The notes beneath the pieces were generated by a model. The model searched no databases and was not told the DNA's origin. It saw only the letters and a program-made list of their open reading frames with translations. From Azolla caroliniana (Eukaryota > Plantae > Polypodiophyta): a DNA stretch of 64,000 nucleotides. How positions within the stretch are numbered: the first letter of the stretch is position 1; the number at the start of each line of letters is the position of its first letter. The stretch spans positions 26,040,001 through 26,104,000 of the forward strand of contig JBHGNT010000001.1 in NCBI GenBank assembly GCA_043228905.1, written 5' to 3'. Shown here piece after piece: positions 38,975 through 50,869 of this stretch. Both the position numbers and the translations under genes were made by a program.

Positions 38975-41091
38975 TCCCGGTTCTCGCCACCGAGGGATTC
39001 GCGGTTTCGCTCGTGGTTCGGTCACACCGTCAGAAATTGCATCGAATGGCGCTCGTCCTGGCTTTTGACCCTCGCGTAGGCCGAACCGTTGTCCAGCACC
39101 TTGGTCTCCATCCGCGCCGCCGTGATGTATGGTTCCCCTAATATGACCGGGTGCGAGGACGTCTCCTGTACGAAGAAGTGCTGGTCAATCTCGACGTCGC
39201 CGATCTTGACTCGCACGTTTGGGCAGGCCCCGTGCAGTTCCTCGGTGGCGCATGTCGCCGCCCGTATCTTCCACCCGTGCTTGGTGTTGATCGGCCACTT
39301 TCCCTTCTTATAGAAGTCCATGGACATCAAGTTTATTTCCGAACCGTGGTCCACCAATGCCACCACCGGTTCCTGAACATCTCCGATCTTTACCGGGGTC
39401 TCCGTGGTCGCTCGGGCCCAGTGCGGCCTTGAATAGTGGCTCTCCGCCCACTCATCTTCCAGCGCCATGTCGTCGATGTGCGTCGTCCGCACCTCCACCG
39501 GTCTTTCCGGTTCCGTCTCTGTCGACAGCCTCTTCCGTTTCACCAGGTCCACAATGGAGTCGTGGAACTCCTTCTTGGCGATCCCTAGCACCTCCCGCAA
39601 TGACAACTCCACTTTGCTGTCGAGGATCCATTCTTCTAGGACCTTTCGTAGGTCCGTAGTCCTTTCTATATCCGTCCCCAGTCGGTATCCGCCATTCCTG
39701 GGGTTATCTTGCGAGCTGGACCCACCGGCATTGTTCCGTCGTTGCCCGAATCGGGTCTTGTACCGTTGTGAGGGCCCGGCCGCTCCGGTTTTCCCCACCC
39801 GTTTGTCTTCTACCAGAGCCTCGTAGTTTCGGCAGGCGGCTTCTACGAATCCCGTCTTCTCCTCGACCGGATCGCTCCACCCGGTTATTTCCCGGACCCG
39901 TCTCTCAGCGCGGTCCGTTTCATCTTTCCTTAGCCGTGTGCCGGCAAGACCTTCCAGCATTGCCGACCAGAATCCGTCTTTGCCCTCCTTTCGGGCCTCG
40001 CTGCCCCCGACCCGAATGCCGGCCGACGCCGAGTAGTGGATGGCCTCCACGTGTCGGGCTGCTACCTCTTCCATCAGTCTCTTCATTCCTCCTCGCCCGT
40101 CGTTTCGGTTTAGGGCCCTTCTGGTGTCGCCGGCATGCACAAGTCCTTCCCACAGGTACACCACCCGGTTCCTCAACGCCTCTGCGAAATCGCCGCAGTC
40201 CTTCCGAATGTGGCCGACCTCATCGCACCACATGCACCTGTTCCCTGCTGCCGGCCGTCGGTCATGAGCCGGTTCGCCGCCTTCCCTTCGAGTCTGGGCG
40301 ATCTGGAGATCCTTTATCGCCCGCGTCAACTCCTCCAGCGTTGCTCCTCCGGACGAGCCACTGACCATGCCGGTTGAAGCTGGACCGGTTTCGAGCCATT
40401 CCCGGGTTTCTTCCCTTCACCCTTGCGGTGCCGGTTCAAGCCTCCTTGCCGTGACAGAGCCTGCACCAGCCACCCCGTTGTCAGCCCATTCTCGCCGTTT
40501 GTCGAAACGGCCACATACTCTCTTAACCGCAGCCCAGTCGGTCGTCAGCCCGTCTTCGGTTTCCAGCAAGGAGCCGACTTGATCCCGGTCCTGCTCGTCC
40601 ACCGACTTGACGAACAGTAGGACCCGGCTCGTATCCAGAACGGTTCGGTCAAGCGCCGAAAGGCGCGCAAAGCGTTCCTCGAACTCCCGGAGGAGTGCCG
40701 ACGCGTTTCTTCCCTTGCCGGGGGACTCCACCCTCTCCATGAAGTCCCATTTCGAAAGCCGGAGCGTGTCGTCCAGCCCGTATTTTTCTAGGAGTCGACC
40801 TTCGAACTCCTCCTAGGTACGGCTCTCCGTCCGCACCTCGAGCACCTCCGCATGGATGCTCGGCATCGCCACTCGAGGGAACCCGGCAAGACGCCTCTCT
40901 TCCGGAATGTCCCGCATCAGCATTTCTGCCCCGTAGGACGCCAAATACTTCGTGGCATCCTTTTCGCTGAACCGGCCGATCGTACCAACGACTGCCTCAA
41001 TGGCTCTGTCGAGGGCACCGGAGCCCTCGCGTGCGCTCAGTATCCGATCCACGGCCGAAGCCATGGCCTCCGCAAGATCCGACCCTTTCAT
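38965..41091 (-). pseudogene. gag: A2 Gag-protease ORF (DUF4100-like region, CCHC knuckle, aspartic protease) with 3 premature stops
   Basis: One frame from ATG 41091 to TAG 38965; CMWCDEVGHIRKDC, LVDHGSEINLMS, VILGEPY. Confidence 0.85.
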
Positions 41092-41114
41092 CTTCTGCTC
41101 TTCTGCCGCCTCCT

Positions 41115-41131
41115 TCACGTCGGGTTCACCA
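41115..41131 (-). promoter_or_regulatory. Primer-binding site, tRNA-Trp type (also at 58741-58757 and 61659-61675 on +)
   Basis: TGGTGAACCCGACGTGA 3-4 nt after the LTR end in three elements; complementary to the recalled plant tRNA-Trp 3' end UCACGUCGGGUUCACCA. Confidence 0.85.
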
Positions 41132-42021
41132 AGATGTCGAGGTATTCCTCGCGGATGCGTGGAATGAGGCGGGACCTCGGGGGTCTTGTATCGAACAACA
41201 AGAGAGGAAGGGGAAGGGAAGAGACCCACTAGGTGCGAGCGTAGATCCACAGGGACACGGCCCTTCAACGCGAAGACGCGAGTGGGAAACCAACACAGAG
41301 AGACACGAAGGTGTGTATGTATATATTAACAGAGACAAACAAGAAGCACGAAGCCGGTTACAACCGAACAGGCCGGTGAACAGATGCCGATGCCTGTTCG
41401 TAAACGCACAGAAAGAAAGGAGTAGGTTGGAGGTGCTGCCGGAAGCACTCGGGCATTCCTCAGAGCAGCGCGAGCCTCCTGAAACCTGCACAGAAAGAAG
41501 CTATGTTGTTTGGAAGAGAGAGAAGCCTTCGGCCGACAACCCAACAACACTTCGTCCTCTCTGATTCCGCGATCCCCTTCCCCCTCCTCGTCTCCCTCCT
41601 TTTATAGGCAAGGAAGGAGCCGTTTCCTATTAACTTCCTACCTACCGAATCTACCTACCTAGGATCTTCTATGTCTCTAATTCTCTCTTATGTACAACGT
41701 AAGGCGTACGTGCATGAAGAGCCGGTTCCTATGCTCCGGCGCACCGATTCCGCTTGTGGACGGTTTTCTTCACGACAACGTACGGGTGAAAATCGGCGAT
41801 GTCAAGATCGACCAACACTTCTTCGTGCAGGAGACGTCCTCGCATCCGGTTATACTAGGAGAGCCATACATCACGGCGGCATGGATGGAGACCAAGGTGC
41901 TGGACAACGGTTCAGCCTATGCAAGAGTCAAGAGCCAGGATGGGCGTCACTCGGTCCAATTCCTGATGGTGCGACCAAACCATGAGCGTAACCGCGAGGT
42001 CCTCGACGGCGAAACCTGAGG

Positions 42022-42087
42022 GGATTTTTAGAGAGGGCTATCAAGGCGTGGGGCCGCGATAGTCCGGACACCCGGAAAAAACCCCAC
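42022..42087 (+). promoter_or_regulatory. -1 ribosomal frameshift signal in A1
   Basis: GGATTTT (42022-42028), TAG, GGGCTATC/GATAGTCC stem (42035-42042 / 42058-42065), GTGGGG/CCCCAC (42048-42053 / 42082-42087). Confidence 0.75.
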
Positions 42088-44763
42088 AAATGTACAATAC
42101 GGAAGAAGACTAGTACCATAGGTAGGAAATTTTGGTTCTCCAACAACAGAGGTTGTACTATGGCCGGCGTCAACGACCGGGAAAGGAAGCGAGCGGAGGA
42201 GCGGCTCAGGGGATGCGGAGTCCTCTTCCCCGACGAAGACATCAGCGGCGCCGTGGAGGCAGTCTCTTTTGGCGACACCTTGGGCGAGTTGCGAAAGGTG
42301 ATCGGTGAAGACCTTAGAGAAGACCGGACCGTTCCGGTAGGTTCGATGGGAATGTACGGAGTCATCGCGGACTTCGGGGAAAGGATCGGGTCGGATCGGA
42401 CAGCCCGCATGGATACAAAGTACAAGACTGTGGACCGGAAGGTGAGGCCAGTCGCGGCACCCTTGCCGGAGGGCAGCGATGAGCGGATAAAAGGGGTCGC
42501 GTCGAACCCAAGTTTACGGAATCCGGCTGGCATAGGGCACCGGTTCACTGACATAACGCTACGGGAGCTCAAGGTTGGTGGGGGTGGCTTTCTACTGCCG
42601 GCGGAGGAGAACATGTTTCGGAGAATGCTCGGAAGGCATGGGAAAGCCTTCGTGTTCTCGCCGGAGGAGATCGGGTGCGTGGACCCAACGATCGTCGAAC
42701 CGATGGTGATCTTCACGGTACCGCATGTACCGTGGAATCTCAAACCGATTCCGGTGCCAAGAGCTCACATCCTGAAGTTGATGGAGCTTCTGAAGCAAAA
42801 GATGGAGATGGGCATCCTCGAACCGTCGAGTGCCCCGTATTCGAATCGGTGGTTTACGGTGCCGAAGAAGAATGGCACGCTGCGTTTCATTCAGGACCTG
42901 CAACCGGTCAACAGGGTGACCATCCGTAATGCAGGAATCAGACCGACCATAGACGAGTTCACGGAGGCCTTCGCTGGGAGGTCGATCTATTCGGTCGGTG
43001 ACTTATACTCGGGGTACAACCAGTTCCAGCTAGCCGTGGAGAGCAAGGATATCACCACGATGCGAACCCCTCTCGGCCTAGTACGGATGTGTACCCTACC
43101 ACAAGGCGGGGAGAACTTAGTGGCGCATATGGTGAACACAATGAACAAGGTGTTAAGGGAATGCATCCCGGACATCACCATGCCATTCTTGGACGACATC
43201 CTGATAAAGGGGTGTCCGGTGGATGACACGGATGAGACTGGCGGGCCAGACGGATGCCGGAGGTTCGTCGTGAACCACATCAACGACTGCGAGAAGGTGC
43301 TGCAGTGGATCGAAAAGTTACGACTCACCTTCTCCGGAGAAAAATCGGCGTTCGGACAGTCGGAGATCTTGGTGGTCAGACACCTGTGCGGGCCCTATGG
43401 TAGGAAACCGTCTCCGGCAAAGGTAGAGGCCATCTCTGCGATGAGGGACGATTGTGGGTCGGTCACAGAGGTCCGCAGATTGCGGGAGCATGCGTGTTCT
43501 ACCACATCTAGATTCCGCACTACGCGCATGTTGCGGAGCCTCTCTACGGGCTTTTGAAGAAAGGGTGTGGGTTCGAGTAGAGGACGGAGCACAGGAGTCG
43601 GTCCGGAGACTAAAGGAGGCACTTACGGTAGCGCTGACCCTCTGTAAAGCGGTTTACGGCAAGGGTGTCCCCATTTGCGTGACGGTGGACACGAGCCCGA
43701 CCGGGATCGGGTGGGTAATCAATCAGGACGACAAGGATGGCGTACGATTCTCGATCCGGTTCGGGGCGAAGGTATTGAGCGAGCGGCAGCGAGGATACGC
43801 CCAAGTTAAGCGCGAGCTTTGGGGTATCGTTTCGGCAGTCAAGGCCGACAAGGACTATCTGATCTGGACGGAGGTGATCATCGAGACAGACTGCCTGTCG
43901 ATACTCGACATGGTTTTCGGATGTGCGATGCTGGACCTAGCAATGCTCCGGTGGATAGCGTACATTAAGTCCCTGAACCCGGAGATACGACACATCTCCG
44001 GAAAGGACAACGCCATGGCCGACATACTTTCGAGAGCGAGGTTCAATGACAAAGACGGCATGGTTTTGGATGACGAAGAAGTCGGCGAGGACTTCTTCGG
44101 GTCGGCTAACGTAACGACGAGGAAAGGGGACACTCTGACGCTCAACGAATTTGACGAAAGACGGTACGACGGGGTGTGGCTCCAAATCGGGAGGTTCCTA
44201 CGAACGATGACGCCGGACGCAGCATGGACGAGAGAAGAGGCGAGCCTGGTACGGAAGAAGGCGTACCGGTTCTTCCTGCGGGATGAGCGCATATGGAGGC
44301 ACCCAAAGAAGAGAAACGACATCCTGCTTTGAGTAGTGGCAAAGAAAGAAGAACAAGAGGAACTACTTGTTGGCCGGTCAGAAGAGCAAGGACAGGTGGG
44401 AAGGCGGAGTTGGATCGGATAATAGGAAGTAAATAATAGTAGAATTATTATTCGGAGGGACGGATCCGGTACAGTTGTACCGATCCGGATCCGGACCGAT
44501 TCGGATGTCGGTTGCCTAAGCGCACCGATTGTAACCTTGCCGGATGCCTATAAAAGGATCCAATGATTTGTAAAGGGTTTGACGGAAGTAATACAATAGT
44601 AATTATTGCGTGTTTATCTGTATCTTCATATTGTTTACCGTCTGTGCTTAATTGTAATCATCTTACGCGTGTAACCTAACATCCAATCCTTACCACCCCT
44701 TTGGAGAAGTGTCGGATAGACACCTGTGTTGAGGCTAGTCCGGCCAGGCAGACAACACTATTT

Positions 44764-44774
44764 TGGCGACCACG
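44764..44774 (+). promoter_or_regulatory. Primer-binding site TGGCGACCACG (probably tRNA-Arg)
   Basis: Starts with TGG, 6 nt after the 5' LTR; matches a tRNA ending GUGGUCGCCA. Confidence 0.65.
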
Positions 44775-44809
44775 ATTCCTGCAAAGTGCAGAGGACAACC
44801 GGGGGATGG

Positions 44810-47800
44810 ATGTCTAGACCAAACGATGACCACATCACCGAACGAGGGAGACGATACACCGAATGCGAGCAACGACGGGAAGCCCTGCAACACGCCGTCG
44901 ACGAGATCCGGCGGGATCGGTCATTCTCCAAAACTTTTCGGAGAGTCGCAGAAGAAGCACTGCAGTTTCGGGTTCTGCAAATCCCCGACGAAGGCAGTAG
45001 CATAACAAGCCTGCAAGAGGCGGAAACGATACTACAGACGCTCGCCGGGGGCGACGGGGACTCGGAAGCATTCGCAACACTTGAGGCGGAGTCGGAAAGC
45101 GACGGAAGCGTTGCGTCCCGGTATAAAAGCAGCCACGACACACCAAACGACCCGGGGGAAGAGGGGTCGGAAGACTCAGTAACACCGGAGCCAGAGGAAG
45201 AAATAACCTTGGAGTTCGGTGACCGGCAATCGCCGAGGGAGGCTGACCGGATACCGACAACACCCGCAAAGGAACCGAAGGAGCGGATACCGACAACACC
45301 CGCGAAGGAACCGAAGGAGCGGATACCGACAACACCCGCGGAGGAACCAAAGGACCGGACACCGGCAACACCCGCGGAGGAACTGAAGGAGCGGATACCG
45401 GCACCAACCGCGGAGGAACCAAATGTTCTCACACCGACGCCAACAGCGGACAAGAAGTAGGAGAGTCAGTTGGACGACACGATGCCGTACCCATACCCAA
45501 AGTATCGGGATGAGCCCGACGCGGAGGCACACGTGTACGCATTCCTCCAAACATGGGAAGCCAACCATGTCTCCCAAAGAGTGACGGAGCCCGAAGCCGA
45601 ACGATCCAAAGTCGCCGAATTTGGCATAACCTTAGAAGGTGGCCCGATGGCACGCAAAGCACTTACCGGGCAGCTTTGCCACATTCGATGCCTTGAAGGC
45701 CAGATTCCTCAGGCTTTTTCACAGACAAGTTGAGCAAAGGGAATTGGTCGGGCAGTTCTACACCACCCGGCAGGAAGAGAACGAGACTGTGCCACAATTC
45801 ATCATTCGGTTTCAGACCCTGCACAACCAACTGACAAGAGCACCACCCGAAGACGAAGCCAAAGCAGTTTTTTTGGCCGCGTTGAAAGAGCCACTTCGAA
45901 CAATGTGCGGACTCCTTGATTTCCAAACCAGCACAATGGACCAAGTTATTGATCGGGTTTTAGAAATGGACAAGACTAGCCCCTTCTTGTCGATGGGGAT
46001 GTTACACCGGGCACTCCCGAAGGAGGAAGACCTGAGGTTCCGACAGGCCTTACAATGCACAACATGCCTAAATTTGGGGCACTCAACAGTAGACTGCACC
46101 CTGCGGACACAATGTATGATCTGCAACTCTCGAGCCCATACAACGGACCGATGCGAATATAACCTGTTAAATCGGCGGGCATCACCGGTTCGACACATAG
46201 AACCGCGCAATTAGAACCCGGACGAGGATCGATTCCGGAGAGACGACCGCTACCAACGCGAACGCGGTAACAAATACGCTGATAGAAGACGCGATAACTA
46301 TGACCGAGAGGAGAGACGCAGAGATAGCTACCCCCGGGACCGGTACGACCGAGACGAATCCCCGGAATACGAACGACGCAGAGAAGAGAGGCGACAAGGG
46401 AACCAAAATTTCCGACGGAATCAGAAGCGTGGATTTTTCCGAAGAGAGGAACGTCGGGAGGCAGCGAGGAATGACAACCCGGTATCGGTACCGGATAACC
46501 GAAAAACCGAAGACGACCGCCGAAGCATACCCACCCTCCAAACTGGGGACAAAGGAGAAACGAGCAACAGTCACAAGGTGTACTGTTATTACTGCCGTAA
46601 GGAAGGCCACTATAGTAACCAATGCCCAAGCAAAACCAATGACAAGCAGCCGGAAGTCAACATGGTTACAACCGAAATAACAGAAGTACAGCAGGTCACA
46701 ACCCTGTCAAAGGGAAAGACCGCCGAGTGGGAAGCCCAGGAGGCAATCAGAAAACAAGCGGCGCAATGGATCAAGGAGGCCAATGAACAGAATGCGACAG
46801 AAGTAAGAGACCAAAATATGCCAAAAGACGAAGAAATCATACAACCAGGAGAAAACCTGACGTGGCAAGCGCTACAGGACTGTCAAATCGTGCTGCCGTT
46901 AGCACGACTACTACAGTTGGTGCCACGGTTTACGGCAAACTTACAGGCATCCGTGAGCAAACCGAAGCCGACGCCAGCACCGGCATTCTTCTCCAACCCG
47001 GAGGAAGGACCAGCGGTGGTCGATACAAGTAGCCCGGCGATCACGGCAATCGTGAAAGGAAAGGAAATTGCTGGAACGATTATTGACGGAGGCTCCGGGC
47101 TAAATGTCATCAGCCGACAGACATGCAACAACCTGGGCATCCGGGAATGGGAACCATGCCCCTTCTGGTTACGCATGGCGGATACCAGCTCAGTCCGACC
47201 GACCGGGCTTATCCGGGATTTAGAAGTAACGATCGGAGGCCACGTATTCCGGATATCGGCCGTGGTGCTGCAGCTGAATGTACAAGGCGCGTACCCCCTA
47301 CTGCTAGGACGACCATGGCTGCGAACGGCGCATATCAAGCAGAATTGGCAAAAGAACATGATCACATTCCGGCGAGGGAAAATAAAGGTACGAGTAACGA
47401 CGCAACCACGGGTGATCACCAGTAAGGAAGCAACTCCATTGTATGCGGAAAGCATTAACATGTTGGAGGGATTACCGGACGAGGAAGTCGAGCGGTACCT
47501 CGAGGAACACCCACGAATCGTCCCACTATTTGAGGTGGATATCACGGCGGCAGTAGAACCGTACATTACGACGCCGGATGAACCGGACCAAGCGGCGATC
47601 CGGGAACTGCGACAAGCGCAGGAATCCCTAGAGAGGGAAATGAGGATATCCCAGAGGGTAAAAGCATCCCAACTAGAGGAGGTGGACCTCGGCACAGCAG
47701 ACAAGCCTCGACCGGTAAATGTTGCAAAGGAATTGCCGAAGGAAGAAAAGAAGGCAATGGTAGCATTATTAACAGACTTCAAGGATGTGTTCGCGTGGTC

Positions 47801-50501
47801 GTACGAAGACATGCGAGGGTTGGACCCCCAGCTCTATCAGCACCAAATTCACCTAAGTACGGACGCGAAACCGATCGCTCAACGCAGGTACCGGATGAAT
47901 CCGAATTATGCGGCGAAGGTGAAGGAGGAAATTGATAAGATCCTCCGGGTCGGATTTATCCGACCGGTCAAGCAGGCAACCTGGCTGAGTCCGATAGTGG
48001 TGGTCCCAAAAAAGAACGGCAAAATCCGGGTCTGCGTGGACTACCGAAAACTAAATGCCGCAACAGTGACCGATGCGTTTCCACTACCATTTACGAACGG
48101 GGTGTTAGATGCGGTAGCCGGCCACGAAGTTTACAGCTTCCTGGATGGATTTAGCGGTTACAACCAAATACGAATGAACCCGGCCGACCAGGAGAAGACA
48201 ACGTTCGTGACGGAATGGGGAGTGTTCGTCACGGTCTTGATGATGTTCAGACTAAAGACGGCTCCAGCGACCTTTCAAAGGATAATAATGGAAATTTTCG
48301 GGGAATATATCCCCGGTTTTATGCAGGTCTTCCTTGACGATTTCGCGGTCTACAGCTGGCACAGAGAGCATCTCGATCACCTCTGGCTGTGCTTGGAGAA
48401 GTGCCGCGAGTACCGATTGAGCCTGAACCCGGCCAAGTGCGTCTTTGGAGTGGCAAGCGGCAACTTACTAGGGCACGTGGTGAGTAAGGAAGGAATCGCG
48501 GTAGATTCGGATAAAGTCAAGGCGATTCTCGAGGCACCAGCACCAAATAACGCAAAGGCTTTAAGCCAGTTCCTGGGCCAAATAAGGTGGCATAGCCGGA
48601 TGATACGGCACCTCGCAGACTTCGCTACACCATTACATACCGCCGTACACAGGGTACCCTTCCTATGGGCGGAGACGGAGGAGGAAGCCTACCAAGCGTT
48701 GAAGGTTATGCTGTCGCAAGCTCCGGTGGTGCAACCGCCGGATTGGAGTAAAAGCTTTCACGTCTTCGTCGACGCGTCGGACGTAGCAATTGGCAGCGTT
48801 TTGATGCAACTCACGGAGCCGAAATGGTACCGACCGGTGTACTACGCAAGCCGGAAACTCTCAAAAGCCGAACGGAATTACTCTACGACGGAACGCGAGG
48901 CATTGGGAATGGTGTATAGTGTCACAAAGTACAGGCACTATCTGCTCGAAAGTAAGTTTTCCTTCCATGTCGACCATTCAGCACTACTCTACCTGGTCTC
49001 GAAGGCATCCCTGACGGGAAAAATTGCACGATGGACACTGCTGTTACAGGAATTTGAATTCGACATTTTCCACCGACCCGGGGCGCAGCATGCGGTAGCG
49101 GACTACCTAAGCAGACTCGAATCCGGAGAAGCAGTAAGAAGCAGACATTTCTGCTTGGTTGGAGACACCCTCTATCACAAGGGGGCAGATGGCATCTGGA
49201 GACGAGCAGTGCGGAGCGATGAGAAGGATTTAATCCTCAGGGAAGCCCACTGTGGAATTGCCGGCGGGCATTATGCCGGCGACGCAACCACTCGGAAAAT
49301 ATGGCAGAGCGGACTGTGGTGGCCCACCACCCTAAAAGATGCCGTGAAGTATAGCAGAGAATGCGATTTGTGTCAACGACTGGGCCAACCCACGGAGCAG
49401 GCCCAGATGCCACACCACCCGGTCTTGCCTTTGGAACCGTTTCAAAAGTGGGGGTTGGACTTTGTCGGTCCCTTCAAGCCACCGGCAATGCGAACCGGAA
49501 ATCGGTATGTCATAGTGGCAACCGACTATTGCACCAAATGGGTAGAAGCAAAGGCCTTACGGGACAACACGGCCGCGTCCACGGCAAAGTTTCTGTACGA
49601 GTGCATATGGTGCCGGTATGGATGCCCGATCGAGCTTATAAGTGACCAAGGAGGACATTTTCTCGGGTAGGTAGTAGAAAGCCTGACGTCATTTTACACG
49701 GTGGTACATAAAAGGAGTACTCCCTACTACCCTCAAGCCAATGGACTAGCGGAATCAACGAACAAAACTCTGCAGAACATCCTACGAAAAATTGTCAACG
49801 AGAATCGGACCGACTGGGATACGAAATTGCAAAGCGCGCTATGGGCGTACCGAACAACGTACAAAACCAGCATCCGGACAACCCCGTTCCGACTAGCATT
49901 CGGTTTAGAAGCGGTCATGCTGGTAGAGTTCCAGATCCCCAGCTTACGGATTCAGGTAAAGGGGCGCTTAAGTGAGAACGAGTCCGAACGAATCCGGTTG
50001 GCGACGTTGTTGGAATTAGAAGAAAACCGAATAGCCAGCTTACTACAACTCGAACTGGAGCAAAGGAGGAGAAAAGCTTTCGTGGACCGACACCGGCGTG
50101 GCAACGAAAAGGAGTTCGAAGTCGGGAAACTGGTGCTACTATTCCAGACACGGATGGGGAACATGCCGGGAAAGTTGCGGTTTCGGTGGACCGGACCGTT
50201 CTGGATCACCAAGGAGTACAATGGGTCGTATCAGCTTGGCATGTTGTCTGGAGATGTCATCGGCAAGTGGGCAAATGGGTTTCGGCTAAAGCCGTATAAG
50301 GGAAATATGCCAGCCAACCCGTTCAAGCAAAACCCGGAAATCCGGCAAGATGAGGAATCGACACCGACAGACGCTGCTGAAGATATTCGGACCGAGGAAG
50401 AACCGACACCGTTACTGACAAAGACTATCCCGGAAAATCGACAGAAGGATCCGGTATCCACACGAACCGACCCGAACAAATCGGGGGGGACCAGCAAATG
50501 A
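44810..50501 (+). pseudogene. B1 gag-pol polyprotein (Gag, zinc knuckles, PR, RT, RNaseH, integrase) with a few stops and one frameshift
   Basis: Retrotransposon gag-like 45470-46214; CYYCRKEGHYSNQC; IIDGGS; CVDYRKLN, LDGFSGY, FLDDF; VDAS; GLDFVGP, SDQG, YYPQANG, WTGPF. Confidence 0.93.
45248..45427 (+). repeat. 36-bp coding tandem repeat x5 (ERIPTTPAKEPK) in the Gag N-terminus
   Basis: CGGATACCGACAACACCCGC(A/G)(A/G)AGGAACCGAAGGAG units. Confidence 0.9.
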
Positions 50502-50869
50502 CGTGGTCCAAACAAAGAAAGAAAAAAAATAAAAAAGAAAAAAAAGAAAAAAAATGACGTGGGCAAAATCGACGCGAATCATAGTAGTGATGGGGAGATC
50601 ACAAGAGGTGGGAGCGCCACCATGCAACGAAGTGGTGCCATGCATTAAAGACGGACGTGCGCGTACTTGCTATTTAAAGCATGGAACGTGGGCACTCACA
50701 CGGGGCAAACAAGAAAGGACATACTAATTATGGCGGGAGAGGAACATGCGCGGGAAACGAAAAAGGGCGGCTCGAGGCAAAAGCCACTATATAAGACACA
50801 GGCCCGCGAAGGACTCACTTTTTACGAATTTTCCTACATACAGGCGCAGAAGCACAGAAGAGCGATCTG

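Larger units (their letters stand above)
35436..41777 (-). mobile_element. Family A gypsy A2, near full length (5' LTR 41135-41777; partial 3' LTR 35436-35780)
   Basis: Exact 4-bp TSD ACGT (35432-35435 / 41778-41781) restores host GACPNVRVKIGDV. The shared ~345 bp of LTR differ by about 9 transitions. The integrase end, PPT and U3 are deleted at ~35780. Confidence 0.95.

Noticed and set aside
36400-47812. Long antisense and alternative-frame ORFs over gag/pol (e.g. 41928-42743, 46883-47812)
   Set aside because: Expected shadows of GC-rich coding sequence; no independent motifs.
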